A stretch of 64,000 bases of DNA from an uncultured bacterium (lineage in GTDB: Bacteria; Verrucomicrobiota; Kiritimatiellia; PWTM01). How positions within the stretch are numbered: position 1 is the stretch's first letter; the number at the start of each line of letters is the position of its first letter. The stretch is from NCBI GenBank assembly GCA_963744655.1, contig CAVUUJ010000001.1:527835-591834 (forward strand). Reading direction: 5' to 3'. The position numbers and the translations under genes are program-made. The notes beneath the pieces were generated by a model, which made no database searches, was not told the DNA's origin, and worked only from the letters and a program-made list of their open reading frames with translations. This document shows positions 55,198-64,000 of this stretch, one piece after another.

Positions 55198-56166
55198 TCA
55201 CCCCGCGCCGGGGAGCAGGTAGTTCTTCACGTAGTCGGCTGCCGCCTCCTCGAGCGTGGCGAACGGGTCCCCGTAACCCGCCTGCCGGAGCTTCGAGACG
55301 TCGGCCCGCGTGCGGTACTGGTACGTGCCGCGCAGGGCCTCCGGCATCGCCACGTACTCGATGCGCACCTCGATGCCCAGCGCGGCGAAGACCGCCCGCG
55401 CCAGGTCGTTCCACGTGCGCTCCGTGCCCGTGCCCACGTTGAAGAGGCCCGACACGCGGGGGTGGTCGTGGAAGAACAGCGTGGCGCGCACGGCGTCGAA
55501 CACGTACAGGAAATCGCGGGCCTGCTCCCCGTCGGCATACTCCTCGCGGTACGAGCAGAAGAGCTTCACGCGGCCCGTCTCCTGGATCTGCTCGAACGCC
55601 TTGCGCACCATCGAGCGCATGTCGCCCTTGTGGGCCTCGCGCGGCCCGAACACGTTGAAGTACTTCAGCCCCGCCACCCGTTCGAACAGGCCCTGGCGCC
55701 GCACCCACTTGTCGAACATCTGTTTCGAGTAGCCGTACATGTTCAGGGGGCGCAGTTGAGGCACCGCGTCCTCGTCGTCCGCGTAGCCCAGGCGGCCGTC
55801 GCCGTAGGTCGCCGCGCTCGACGCGTAGACGAAGCGGATGCCGTGGTCGGCGCACCACTCGCACAGCTCGCGGCTGAACCGGTAGTTGTTGTCGGCGAGG
55901 TAGCTCGCGTTCGTCTCGGTGGTGGAGCTGCACGCCCCGAGGTGGAAGACGGTGTCCACCTCCCCGAGCGCGTCGTGGCGCAGCGCGAACCGGAAGTCGT
56001 CCTTCTCCCAGTAGTCGGCGTAGTCCAGGTCCGCCAGGTTCCGCCACCGCTCGTCGCGGCCGAGCTCGTCGACCACGAGGATGTCGTCCTCGCCGCGCTC
56101 GTTGAGCGCCGCCACCAGGTTGCTGCCGATGAATCCCGCGCCGCCCGTCACGATGAACTTGGCCAT
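55198..56166 (-). CDS. hldD: ADP-L-glycero-D-manno-heptose 6-epimerase
   Basis: ATG 56166: MAKFIVTGGAGFIGSNLV. Motifs YASSAATYG, YGYSK and KYFNVFGPRE. Confidence 0.9.
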   Translation of the reverse strand: MAKFIVTGGAGFIGSNLVAALNERGEDDILVVDELGRDERWRNLADLDYADYWEKDDFRFALRHDALGEVDTVFHLGACSSTTETNASYLADNNYRFSRELCEWCADHGIRFVYASSAATYGDGRLGYADDEDAVPQLRPLNMYGYSKQMFDKWVRRQGLFERVAGLKYFNVFGPREAHKGDMRSMVRKAFEQIQETGRVKLFCSYREEYADGEQARDFLYVFDAVRATLFFHDHPRVSGLFNVGTGTERTWNDLARAVFAALGIEVRIEYVAMPEALRGTYQYRTRADVSKLRQAGYGDPFATLEEAAADYVKNYLLPGAG

Positions 56167-56358
56167 GTCCGCCCCTCTTCCCGGGCCCTCGCGCACCGCC
56201 CGCGCCCCGGCCCCGTCCGCGAGACTACCCGCCGCGGGCCGTTCCCGGCAACCGCCGATCCCGGCCGGCCGCCGCGGGTGCGCCGCGCCGGGCCGCGCGG
56301 CTGGAACCGGGCGGGCGGAAGAAGCCCCGCGCGGGGGAGCGGGCGGGGCGGCGGCGGG

Positions 56359-57138
56359 TCAGGAAGCCCCGGCGCGCGCCGGGTGCCACAGGTCCCCCTC
56401 GCCGAGCCCGAGCCGCGCGACCACCCCGGCCGCCTCGCCCAGGTCGCCCACGCTGCCGGGGCGGTGCGAGTCGCTGCCCAGGAAGAACCGCACGCCCGCG
56501 CGGCGCGCCCGGCCGTACAGGTTCTCCATGTACGCCTGGAACGCGGGGACATAGGTCATGCGGGGGCTGATCTCCAGCGCGACGCGCTCCGAAGCGAGCC
56601 GCTCGAGCAGCCAATCCATGCGCTTCGGGCGGATCTCGGCCATCACGTCCATGATGAACGGCAGCCCCTCGATGCCCGCCGCGCGGCCCATGTGCAGCCC
56701 GTACACGAAGAAGGGGTGCGCGATCGCGTGCGCGCCGCAACCGGGCACGTTCTCCATGTCGGTCATCATCCGGTCCGCCCACTCCATCGGGTCGTCCAGG
56801 TTCGACACCGGCGGGGCGTTCGCCAGGTCGTAGTGCGAGGGGGAGGCCAGGATGAAATCCGCGTCGGGCAGCTCGTTGGGGGGGATCACCAGCCGCTCCA
56901 TGCCGGCCACCTCCAGCTCGGCCCCGATCCACACGCGCGGCGGCCCCTCCAACCCGTCCCGCGCCCGGGCCAGCGCCGCGTGGTGCCGGGCCAGCCCCGC
57001 CTGGTACGGGTGGTCCGTGATGCCGATATCGGTCATGCCGCGGAAGCGCGCCTGGTCCACGATGCGCAAAAGACTCATCGCGGGCTCGGCACAGGGGGAA
57101 AAGAAGCTGTGAATGTGAAAGTCGCAGGTCGTTCGCAT
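56359..57138 (-). CDS. PHP-domain metal-dependent phosphoesterase (histidinol-phosphatase-like)
   Basis: ATG 57138: MRTTCDFHIHSFFSPCA, with ITDHP, AHPF and GSDSH metal-ligand blocks. It forms the lower part of composite ORF 56359..57738. Confidence 0.8.
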   Translation of the reverse strand: MRTTCDFHIHSFFSPCAEPAMSLLRIVDQARFRGMTDIGITDHPYQAGLARHHAALARARDGLEGPPRVWIGAELEVAGMERLVIPPNELPDADFILASPSHYDLANAPPVSNLDDPMEWADRMMTDMENVPGCGAHAIAHPFFVYGLHMGRAAGIEGLPFIMDVMAEIRPKRMDWLLERLASERVALEISPRMTYVPAFQAYMENLYGRARRAGVRFFLGSDSHRPGSVGDLGEAAGVVARLGLGEGDLWHPARAGAS

Positions 57139-57255
57139 CCCGTCCGTCCCTCTTCCCCGTGCCGCGCCCCTATGTACCACGCGCCACCCGCCCCCGCAAA
57201 CCGCGCCCCGTCGCTTGGCCTGCGCGGCCAGGCCGGCCGGGGCCGAAGGAAATCC

Positions 57256-57284
57256 TTGCGCCGGCGGCCCCGCAGGCGTACACT
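57256..57284 (+). promoter_or_regulatory. Candidate sigma70-type promoter TTGCGC-N17-TACACT for rpmE
   Basis: TTGCGC at 57256-57261 and TACACT at 57279-57284. GGAGACGGAGA lies upstream of ATG 57325. Confidence 0.4.
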
Positions 57285-57324
57285 CACGGGCTTTCCACGT
57301 TGGAAACGGAGACGGAGACAGGCG

Positions 57325-57534
57325 ATGAAGCAAGATGTACACCCGGACTACGGCCCCTGCACGATCACGTGCGCGTGCGGCCACGTCATCGAGACCCGCT
57401 CCACCTCGAAGGACATGCACGTCAACACGTGCTCGAGCTGCCACCCGTTCTTCACGGGCGAGGCCAAGCTGATGGACACCGAGGGGCGCGTCGAGCGCTT
57501 CCGCAAGCGCTACGCCGCCAAGGCCAAGCCGTAG
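57325..57534 (+). CDS. rpmE: 50S ribosomal protein L31 (Zn-ribbon type)
   Basis: [46 protein letters not shown]..., 69 aa, embedded in a spurious 1128-aa track ORF. Confidence 0.95.
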   Translation: MKQDVHPDYGPCTITCACGHVIETRSTSKDMHVNTCSSCHPFFTGEAKLMDTEGRVERFRKRYAAKAKP

Positions 57535-57542
57535 CACGCGGG

Positions 57543-57594
57543 GAACGGGCCGGGCCGCGAACGACGCCGTTCGCGCCCGGCCCGTTCGCTTTCC
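57543..57594 (+). terminator. Long GC-rich hairpin after rpmE (intrinsic terminator or attenuator candidate)
   Basis: GAACGGGCCGGGCCGCGAACG / acgc / CGTTCGCGCCCGGCCCGTTC gives a stem of about 20 bp with one bulged C and a 4-nt loop, followed by GCTTTCC. It begins 9 nt after the rpmE stop and ends 35 nt before prfA. Confidence 0.55.
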
Positions 57595-57628
57595 GTCCGC
57601 GCCGCCTGCACGCACCGGGACCGGGGCC

Positions 57629-58717
57629 ATGATCGATCTGTCCTTCGTTGAGCGCACCCGCGGGCGGCTCCGCGAGATCGAGCAGGCGTTCGCCGATCCC
57701 GCCCTCGCCTCCCGGCCGGCGCGCCGCCGCGGGCTCACCGCCGAGCACGCCCGGCTCCGCGGGCTGCTGCAGCATGCCGAGCGCTACGAACGGCTGCGCC
57801 GCGAGGAGGACGACACGCGGCAGATGCTGGCCGAGGCCGGCGACGACGCGGAACTCCGCGACATGGCCGAGGCCGATCTCGCGCGCATCGCCGCGGAGCG
57901 GCCCGCCGCGGAGCGCGAGCTGAAGGTCGCCCTCCTGCCCGCGGACCCCGACGAGACGCGTGACACCCTCGTGGAGATCCGCGCGGGCACCGGCGGCGAG
58001 GAGGCCGCCCTCTTCGCCGCGGACCTCTACCGCATGTACACGCGCTACGCCGAGTCGCGCGGCTGGCGCACGAGCGTGATCGACGCGAGCCCCTCGTCCG
58101 TCGGCGGGTTCAAGGAGATCGTCTTCTCGGTCGAGGGCGAGGCGGTCTACCGCCGCCTGCGCTACGAGAGCGGGGGACACCGCGTGCAGCGCGTGCCCGC
58201 CACGGAGGCGCAGGGCCGCATCCACACGTCCGCCGCCACCGTGGCCGTGCTGGCCGAGGCCGACGAGATCGACGAGATCGAGATCAAGCCCGAGGAGCTC
58301 CGGATCGACCTGTACCGCGCCTCCGGACCCGGCGGCCAGAAGGTCAACAAGACCGAGTCGGCGGTGCGCCTGACGCACCTGCCCACCGGCATCGTCGTCC
58401 AGAGCCAGGACGAGCGCTCCCAGGTCCGCAACCGCGAGAAGGCCATGCGCGTGCTGCGCGCCCGCATCCTCGACCGCCTGCGCACCGACGAGGCGGCGCG
58501 GCAGGCGGACCAGCGCCGCTCGCAGATCGGGAGCGGGGACCGCAGCGAGCGGATCCGCACCTACAACTTCCCGCAGAACCGCGTCACCGACCACCGCATC
58601 AACCTCACCCTCCACCAGCTGGACCGCGTGATGGAGGGGGACCTCGACGGGCTGCTGGACGCCCTCTACGCCCATGACATCGACCTCCAGCTCCGGGCGC
58701 GGACCCGCGAGGGCTGA
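57629..58717 (+). CDS. prfA: Peptide chain release factor 1
   Basis: 362 aa. PAT tripeptide ([14 protein letters not shown]) and GGQ motif ([17 protein letters not shown]). Confidence 0.95.
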   Translation: MIDLSFVERTRGRLREIEQAFADPALASRPARRRGLTAEHARLRGLLQHAERYERLRREEDDTRQMLAEAGDDAELRDMAEADLARIAAERPAAERELKVALLPADPDETRDTLVEIRAGTGGEEAALFAADLYRMYTRYAESRGWRTSVIDASPSSVGGFKEIVFSVEGEAVYRRLRYESGGHRVQRVPATEAQGRIHTSAATVAVLAEADEIDEIEIKPEELRIDLYRASGPGGQKVNKTESAVRLTHLPTGIVVQSQDERSQVRNREKAMRVLRARILDRLRTDEAARQADQRRSQIGSGDRSERIRTYNFPQNRVTDHRINLTLHQLDRVMEGDLDGLLDALYAHDIDLQLRARTREG

Positions 58718-59594
58718 CGCGTCCCCGCCCGGCGGCGGGCTCACCCTCGGCGGCCTGCTCCGCGGCCTCGTCGCCTCGCTGCGCGCGGCGGGCGTCGACG
58801 AACCCGGGGCCGTCGCCGAGTTCGCCGTGGCCGCCCGCGCCGGGGGCGGGCGGCTCGACCCCCACCTGTATCCCCGCCGGCCGGTGGATCCGCGGGTCGC
58901 GCGCCGGGTGCGCGAGGACGGCGCCCGCCTCGCCCGGCACGAGCCGCTGGCCCACGTGCTGGGCTGGACCGAGTTCCGCGGCCGCCGGTTCCTCTGCGAC
59001 GCGCGGGCCCTGGTGCCGCGGCCCGAAACGGAGGAACTCGTCGGCCTCGCGCTGGCGGACCGCGCGTGGGAACGGCCGCCGCTTCGCGTGGCCGACGTGG
59101 GTACGGGCACGGGCTGCATCGCGATCACCCTGGCCCTGGAGCGCCCGGCCGCCCGCGTCACGGCCGTCGACGCCTCGCCCGGCGCCCTCGCGCTCGCCCG
59201 CGCGAACGCCGCGGCCCTCGGCGCCGCCCGGCGCGTCCGCTTCCGGGAAGGCGACCTGCTGGGCGCTTTCGGCCCGGCACGCTTCGATCTCGTGGTCGCC
59301 AACCTGCCGTACGTGCCCTCGGCGGAACTCCGCGGCCTGGACCGCACCGTGCGCGACTACGAGCCGCGGGCGGCCCTCGACGGGGGGGCCGACGGGCTCG
59401 ACCTCGTGCGCCGCCTGCTGCCGCAGGCGGCGCGCTGCCTGCGCCCGCGCGGACGCGTGTACCTGGAACTCGGCGAGGACCAGGCCCCCGCCGTCGTCTC
59501 GGACCTCGTCCGCCTGGGCTTCCGCGGCACCGCGGCGTCCCTCGACGCGCGCGGCGTGGAGCGGTTCGTGTCCGCGGAAAAGCCCGCCGGCTAG
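58674..59594 (+). CDS. prmC: Release-factor glutamine N5-methyltransferase PrmC/HemK
   Basis: Motifs [13 protein letters not shown] (SAM binding), VVANLPYV (NPPY-type) and EPRAALDGG. The only standard start is ATG 58674, giving a 44-nt overlap with prfA. Confidence 0.8.
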   Translation: MTSTSSSGRGPARADASPPGGGLTLGGLLRGLVASLRAAGVDEPGAVAEFAVAARAGGGRLDPHLYPRRPVDPRVARRVREDGARLARHEPLAHVLGWTEFRGRRFLCDARALVPRPETEELVGLALADRAWERPPLRVADVGTGTGCIAITLALERPAARVTAVDASPGALALARANAAALGAARRVRFREGDLLGAFGPARFDLVVANLPYVPSAELRGLDRTVRDYEPRAALDGGADGLDLVRRLLPQAARCLRPRGRVYLELGEDQAPAVVSDLVRLGFRGTAASLDARGVERFVSAEKPAG

Positions 59595-59800
59595 CCCCCC
59601 GCGAGGCGGGCGAAGGGAAGGCGCACGCGCGCCGGACGGGAGCGGTCGCGGGACGGGTCACGCGGGAGGCGGAGCCCGGCGGTACCGGGCGCCCTCGCGT
59701 GGCGGCGGAGCTCGACGGCGACCTGCCCGGCGCGCCGTTTGCCCCGCGCCGCCGGAGCGGATACCATGGCCCGCGACCGGCCGGAGAGGAGGCGCGGACC

Positions 59801-61786
59801 TTGCGAAAGACGTTTCATCTTGGCTTTGACTACTACCCGGAGCAGTGGCCCGAGGCCAGGTGGGCGGACGACCTCCGCCTGATGCGGGCGTGCGGCACGA
59901 CCTGCGTGCGCGTCGCCGAGTTCGCCTGGTCGCGGATGGAGCCCGAGGAAGGCCGGTTCCAGTTCGGCTGGCTCGACCGGTTCTATGCCCTGGCCGCGGA
60001 GCACGGCATCGCGGTACTCCTCGGCACCCCCACGGCCGCGCCGCCGCCCTGGGCGGTGCAGCGGCACCCCGAGATCGTGGCCGTGGAGGAAGACGGCGGC
60101 CGCGCGGCCACGACCGGGCGCCGCTACACCTGCCCCACCAGCCCCGTCTATCTCCGGCTCTGCGACGCGGTCGTCGCGCAGATGGCGCAGCGCTACGGAA
60201 CGCACCCGTCGACCCTCGGGTGGCAGACGGATAACGAGTGGGACGGGCAGGTGTGCTTCTGCCCGCATTGCCGGCAGGCATGCCGGGAGTGGATGAAGGA
60301 GCGGCATGGGACCGTCGAGGCGCTCAACGGGAACCTGGGGCTGGTGTTCTGGGCGCACGAGGTGACGGACTGGGAGCACTTCGTCGCCCCCCGCAAGGGA
60401 CTGGAGCGTGCGCACCCGAGCCTCCGCCTCGAGATTCACCGGTTCTTCTCCCGCGCCTGGTCCCGGTTCGCGCAGCGCCAGGCCGACGTGATCCGGGCGC
60501 ATTCGCCCGGCCGCTGGGTGACGCACAACCTGCCCGGCGTCGAGGTCGAGCTGGACCTGTTCGAACTGGCGGCGGCGCACGACTTCCTCTCGATCGACCT
60601 CTACCCGAGGGCGATGCTCGACGACCACCACGGCGTGGCGTTTGCCAACGACGTCACCCGCAGCGCGCAGAACGGGCCGCACTGGGTGCTGGAGCTGCAG
60701 ACGGGCGCGCCGTGCACGAGGTTCTACAAGGCGCCGTTGCCGCGCGAGGGCCAGCTCCGCCTGTGGGCGCACCAGTGCGCCGCGCACGGCGCCGGGGGCG
60801 TCGTCTTCTTCCGCTGGCGCAAGAGCCCGGCCGGGCAGGAGATGTTCGGCAACGGCCTGCTCGACCACGACGCGCGGCCGCGGCGCGGTTACCGCGAAGT
60901 GCAGGAGCTCGGCCGCGACTTCGCGAGCCTGGGCCGGACGTTGCCGGCGCTCTCGGCCCGGCCCGAGGTGGCGCTGGTCCTGGACTTCGCCGACCGGATG
61001 AACGCGCGGATCCACGCGTTCGCCATGGACGTCGACTTCTTCCCGCACCTGCGCCGGTGGTACCGGGCGGTACGGCGCCTCGGTCTCGGCGTGCGGTTCG
61101 TGCGGCCGACCGACGACCTCGCACCCTTCCCGCTCGTGATCGCGCCCAACCAGTTCACCACGTCGCCCGAGATCGCGGAGAACTTCACGCGCTACGTGCG
61201 CGGGGGCGGCACGCTGGTCGGCGCGATGAGAATGGGCTGGTTCGACCCCCACGGGAAGCCCGCCGGGGGGACGCTGCCCGGCGGCATGACGGACCTGTTC
61301 GGCGTCGAGGTCGAGGAATACGAGCGCGTGATGGCGCCCAACCCCAACCGGCTGGTCTTCCGCGAGGCGGGCGTGCCGCCGGCGGCGTGCCGCCAGGGGG
61401 TCTACGTCCTCCACGAGCTCGGGGCGAAGGCGCTGGCGAAGTACGAACGCGACGACTACGCGGGGAAGACGGCGGTCTCCCGGCACGCCCTGGGTGACGG
61501 GCATGCGGTCTACGTGGGGACGATGCTCGACCAGCCCGCGCTGGACGCGCTGGTGTCGCGCCTGGCCGCGCAGGCCGGCCTGGACGCGCCCGCCGCGGAC
61601 TGGCCCGAAGACGTCGAACTGGTCCGCCTGTCCGGCGCCGACGGGCGGCCGGTGTGGTCGGTGCTCAACCATGCCCGCGAGCGTCGCCGCGTCGCACTGC
61701 CCCGGCCCATGGCCGACCTGCTGACGGGAGCGTCGACGAGGCGCCTCGACCTGCCCCCGTTGACGGCCGCCTGGCTCCGCGGGTGA
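59801..61786 (+). CDS. GH42 beta-galactosidase
   Basis: In-frame TTG 59801 (L/M RKTFHLGFDYYPEQWPE), 9 nt after GGAGAGGAGG. Motifs GWQTDNEW, the Cys cluster CFCPHCRQAC, and the trimer and C-terminal domains. The upstream part of track ORF 59066..61786 overlaps prmC and is Arg/Pro-rich. Confidence 0.88.
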   Translation: MRKTFHLGFDYYPEQWPEARWADDLRLMRACGTTCVRVAEFAWSRMEPEEGRFQFGWLDRFYALAAEHGIAVLLGTPTAAPPPWAVQRHPEIVAVEEDGGRAATTGRRYTCPTSPVYLRLCDAVVAQMAQRYGTHPSTLGWQTDNEWDGQVCFCPHCRQACREWMKERHGTVEALNGNLGLVFWAHEVTDWEHFVAPRKGLERAHPSLRLEIHRFFSRAWSRFAQRQADVIRAHSPGRWVTHNLPGVEVELDLFELAAAHDFLSIDLYPRAMLDDHHGVAFANDVTRSAQNGPHWVLELQTGAPCTRFYKAPLPREGQLRLWAHQCAAHGAGGVVFFRWRKSPAGQEMFGNGLLDHDARPRRGYREVQELGRDFASLGRTLPALSARPEVALVLDFADRMNARIHAFAMDVDFFPHLRRWYRAVRRLGLGVRFVRPTDDLAPFPLVIAPNQFTTSPEIAENFTRYVRGGGTLVGAMRMGWFDPHGKPAGGTLPGGMTDLFGVEVEEYERVMAPNPNRLVFREAGVPPAACRQGVYVLHELGAKALAKYERDDYAGKTAVSRHALGDGHAVYVGTMLDQPALDALVSRLAAQAGLDAPAADWPEDVELVRLSGADGRPVWSVLNHARERRRVALPRPMADLLTGASTRRLDLPPLTAAWLRG

Positions 61787-61905
61787 ACCGCGATGCGGAC
61801 GGGCTGCCGCATCCCGGCGGTCCCCCGCGGCGCGGTGCGTGACCCGGCGGGGCCGCTCCACCGGATGGCGTCCTTCGCGATCTTCCCGGTGCAACCCGGC
61901 CGGGC

Positions 61906-62919
61906 TCAGGCGGCTCCGAGCGGCCGGATGCAGCGGACCTTGCGGCCTCCCCCGCCGCGGGCGAGCGGCGGCTCGGCGGCGCGGCAGGCGGCGTCCGCCA
62001 GCGGGCAGCGCGGCGCGAACCGGCAGCCGCGCGCGATCTCCCCGGGCGCGGGGGGCCGGCCGGGGATGCCGTCGACCGCGCCGCGCGGACCGTCGAGTCG
62101 CGGCACGGCGCGCAGCAGCGCCGCGGTGTACGGGTGGCGCGGCGCGCGCAGGACCGCCTCGACCGGCCCCTCCTCCACCCACCGCCCCGCGTACATCACC
62201 ATCAGCCGTTCCGCGAAGCCGGAGACGATGCCCAGGTTGTGCGTGATGAGCAGCACCGCCATGCCCAGCTCGCGCCGCAGGCCGTCCAGCAGCTCGAGAA
62301 TCTGCGCCTGCACCGTCACGTCGAGCGCGGTCGTCGGCTCGTCGGCCACGAGCAGGCGCGGGCGGCAGGCCACCGCCATGGCCAGCACGACACGCTGCTG
62401 CATGCCGCCGCTGAGTTCGTGCGGGTAGCGCCGCAGGCACGCCCCGGCGTCCGGCAGGCGCATGCGGCCGAGCCACGCGGCCGCCTCCCGCCGCGCCGAG
62501 GTGCGCCCGTGCCCGTGCAGCCGGAGGGCCTCGGCGACCTGCTCGCCGACGCGCAGGACCGGGTTGAGCGCCGAGGCGGGGTCCTGGAAAACGTAGGCGA
62601 TCTGTGCCCCGCGAAGGCGGCGCAGCTCGCGGGGGCTCATCGCGCCCAGCGGGCGGCCGTCCCAGAGCACCTCGCCTCCCGTCACGCGCCCCGCCGGCTC
62701 CGGCACGAGGCGCGCCAGCGCGAGGGCGGTCACGCTCTTTCCGCACCCGCTCTCGCCGACGAGCGCCGCCGTTTCGCCCGCCCGCAGCTCGAAGCTCACG
62801 CCGTCCACGGCGGGCGGCGAGCCCCCGGGTCCGAAGGCGACGGACAGGCCGCGCACCTCGAGCATCGGCGCGACGGCGCCCGCCGCGCGTTCCCCCGTGC
62901 CGGCCGCCGTTTTCGTCAC
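61906..62919 (-). CDS. Dpp/Opp-type peptide/nickel ABC transporter ATP-binding protein
   Basis: Motifs [10 protein letters not shown], Walker A GESGCGKS, signature LSGGMQQR, Walker [13 protein letters not shown], and a C-terminal oligopeptide-type extension RHPYT...[11 protein letters not shown] 62919 is preferred (GGAAGGGGGGA upstream). ATG 62865 is the alternative. Confidence 0.85.
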   Translation of the reverse strand: MTKTAAGTGERAAGAVAPMLEVRGLSVAFGPGGSPPAVDGVSFELRAGETAALVGESGCGKSVTALALARLVPEPAGRVTGGEVLWDGRPLGAMSPRELRRLRGAQIAYVFQDPASALNPVLRVGEQVAEALRLHGHGRTSARREAAAWLGRMRLPDAGACLRRYPHELSGGMQQRVVLAMAVACRPRLLVADEPTTALDVTVQAQILELLDGLRRELGMAVLLITHNLGIVSGFAERLMVMYAGRWVEEGPVEAVLRAPRHPYTAALLRAVPRLDGPRGAVDGIPGRPPAPGEIARGCRFAPRCPLADAACRAAEPPLARGGGGRKVRCIRPLGAA

Positions 62920-62954
62920 GCCCCGTCCCCCCTTCCTGCCGCCGCCCGGCCCGG

Positions 62955-63842
62955 CTACGCCTCGCGCAGGCGCGGGTCGAGCGCGTCGCGCAGGGCATCG
63001 CCCAGCACGTGAAACGCGAGGACCAGCAGGAAGATCGCGGCGGTGACCGTCGCCATCTCCCACCACGCGCCCTGCCAGAGCCGGAGCCGGGCCGCCTGGA
63101 TCATCGTGCCCCAGGACGGCTCGCCCTGCACGCCGATCCCGAGGAAGCTGAGGAAGACCTCCGTGCCCACCGCCGCGGGAAAGCGCAGGGTGAAGGTGAT
63201 GATGACGAGGTGCGCGACGTTCGGGAGGATGTGCCGCGCCAGGATGCGGCCGTGCCCCAGGCCGAGCAGCCGCGCGGCCTCGACGTACGGCCGGCCCCGG
63301 TGCTTGATCACCTCCGCGCGGATGAGCCGGCAGACGCCCACCCAGGTGGTCAGGCCGATGCCGAGGCATACGCCCGTGAGCCCCTTGCCCACCACCATGG
63401 CGATCGCCAGGACGAACAGCAGCCCGGGGATCGCCGCGAAGCACGTGTAGACCGCCACGACCGCGTCGTCGACGCGGCCCCCGAAGTAGCCCGCCGCCGC
63501 GCCCAACACCACGCCGATCGGCAGGGCGATGAGCGAGGTGAGCAGGCCGACGCGAAACGCGATGCGCACGCCCTGCACCGCCCGGTGCAGCACGTCGCGG
63601 CCGAGTCCGTCGGTGCCCAGCCAGTGTCCCCCCCTCACCGACGGCGGGCGGTGGGCCTCCGCGACCGATCCCTGCTGGTAGGGCGGCGTGCGGTCCGCCA
63701 GCCGGTAAAAGAGGTGCTCGGCCTCGCCGAAGACGGCGAGCGCCGCGTACACCGCCAGCACCGCGAGCGCCGCGCGCGTGCCGCGGCGGCGGACGAGCCG
63801 CGCCCCCGCCTCCGCCCATCCGCTCCGGCCCGCCGCGCTCAC
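62955..63842 (-). CDS. Dpp/Opp-type ABC transporter permease (DppC/OppC-like)
   Basis: GTG 63842 in a GTGA overlap with the upstream permease stop. Motifs HWLGTDGLGRDVL and the EAA-like loop YVEAARLLGLGHGRILARHILPN. Confidence 0.85.
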   Translation of the reverse strand: MSAAGRSGWAEAGARLVRRRGTRAALAVLAVYAALAVFGEAEHLFYRLADRTPPYQQGSVAEAHRPPSVRGGHWLGTDGLGRDVLHRAVQGVRIAFRVGLLTSLIALPIGVVLGAAAGYFGGRVDDAVVAVYTCFAAIPGLLFVLAIAMVVGKGLTGVCLGIGLTTWVGVCRLIRAEVIKHRGRPYVEAARLLGLGHGRILARHILPNVAHLVIITFTLRFPAAVGTEVFLSFLGIGVQGEPSWGTMIQAARLRLWQGAWWEMATVTAAIFLLVLAFHVLGDALRDALDPRLREA

Positions 63843-64000
63843 GAGAGCTTCACCCGGGGATCGAAGCACGCGTAGGCGACGTCCGTCGCCAGGTTGGCAA
63901 ACAGGTAGAGCACCGAGCCGACGAGCACGATCGCCCGGACGACGTCGACGTCCGACGCGTTGACGGCGTTGACGCCGACGTATCCCAGCCCGGGGATGCC
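63839..64000 (-). CDS. Dpp/Opp-type ABC transporter permease (DppB/OppB-like), C-terminal 53 codons only
   Basis: Own translation: GIPGLGYVGVNAVNASDVDVVRAIVLVGSVLYLFANLATDVAYACFDPRVKLS*. The gene start lies beyond the window edge. Confidence 0.75.
   Translation of the reverse strand, partial: GIPGLGYVGVNAVNASDVDVVRAIVLVGSVLYLFANLATDVAYACFDPRVKLS

Noticed and set aside
49373-55222. 1949-aa plus-strand ORF and its 1719-aa antisense partner (49845..55004), the longest ORFs in the track
   Set aside because: Their translations are monotonous Arg/Ala/Gly/Pro strings. They overlap the well-supported RND and lplT-plsC-aas genes in other frames. They are open only because stop codons are rare at this GC content.
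59066-59800. N-terminal 245-codon extension of the GH42 ORF overlapping prmC
   Set aside because: The extension is Arg/Pro/Gly-rich and lies in an alternate frame of the well-supported prmC gene. A TTG with a strong GGAGAGGAGG Shine-Dalgarno at 59801 gives the canonical GH42 N-terminus.
61792-61813. Short hairpin GATGCGG/CCGCATC after the GH42 stop
   Set aside because: It has a 7-bp stem with an 8-nt loop and no U-tract. Such hairpins arise by chance at this GC content.
1-64000. Mobile elements, prophage, integrons, toxin-antitoxin or known defence systems
   Set aside because: I found no transposase, integrase, recombinase, phage structural, restriction-modification, Cas, reverse-transcriptase or small TA-like gene pairs among the supportable ORFs. 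I also saw no obvious compositional island by eye.

Overview
Very GC-rich (about 70% or more by eye), gene-dense bacterial chromosomal segment. I found no rRNA, tRNA, CRISPR array, transposase or integrase. About 50 protein genes can be supported. Most of the longest ORFs in the supplied track are alternate-frame artefacts of the GC content (Arg/Ala/Gly/Pro-rich, overlapping real genes).

Content in order:
- AddA/AddB-like helicase-nuclease pair, then mutL.
- An ExbB-ExbD-ExbD block flanked by two secreted TPR proteins. The slot where TonB normally sits holds a protein ending in prenyltransferase/terpene-cyclase-like repeats.
- A translationally coupled prx-mutY-zupT operon.
- An HTH protein with a histone-H1-like Lys/Ala tail.
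- Housekeeping genes: lplA-like, add, ftsB, lptF/G, folD, ruvC, yebC, an EF-G2-type GTPase, gmk, yicC, trpB, trpF.
- A type IV pilus/T2SS-like operon: DUF1559-type pseudopilin, lipoprotein secretin, PilM-PilN fusion, PilO-like, PilP/GspC-like, GspE ATPase.
- Divergent from it, a putative exopolysaccharide operon: PA14-like secreted protein, processive GT2 synthase, GT-C-like membrane protein, coiled-coil protein.
- A BLUF blue-light sensor behind a GT2/glycosidase pair.
- An orphan RND pump, an LplT-PlsC-Aas triple fusion, hldD, rpmE-prfA-prmC, a GH42 beta-galactosidase, and Dpp/Opp-type ABC components.

ATGA/GTGA stop-start overlaps link many neighbouring genes. The pseudopilin type and overall gene content suggest the PVC superphylum; this is inference only.

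Quality caveat: several conserved genes (mutL, exbD paralog, lptF/G, yebC, EF-G2, yicC, trpB, RND) carry clustered single-base indels and two in-frame TAG codons. Consensus or assembly error is the simplest explanation.
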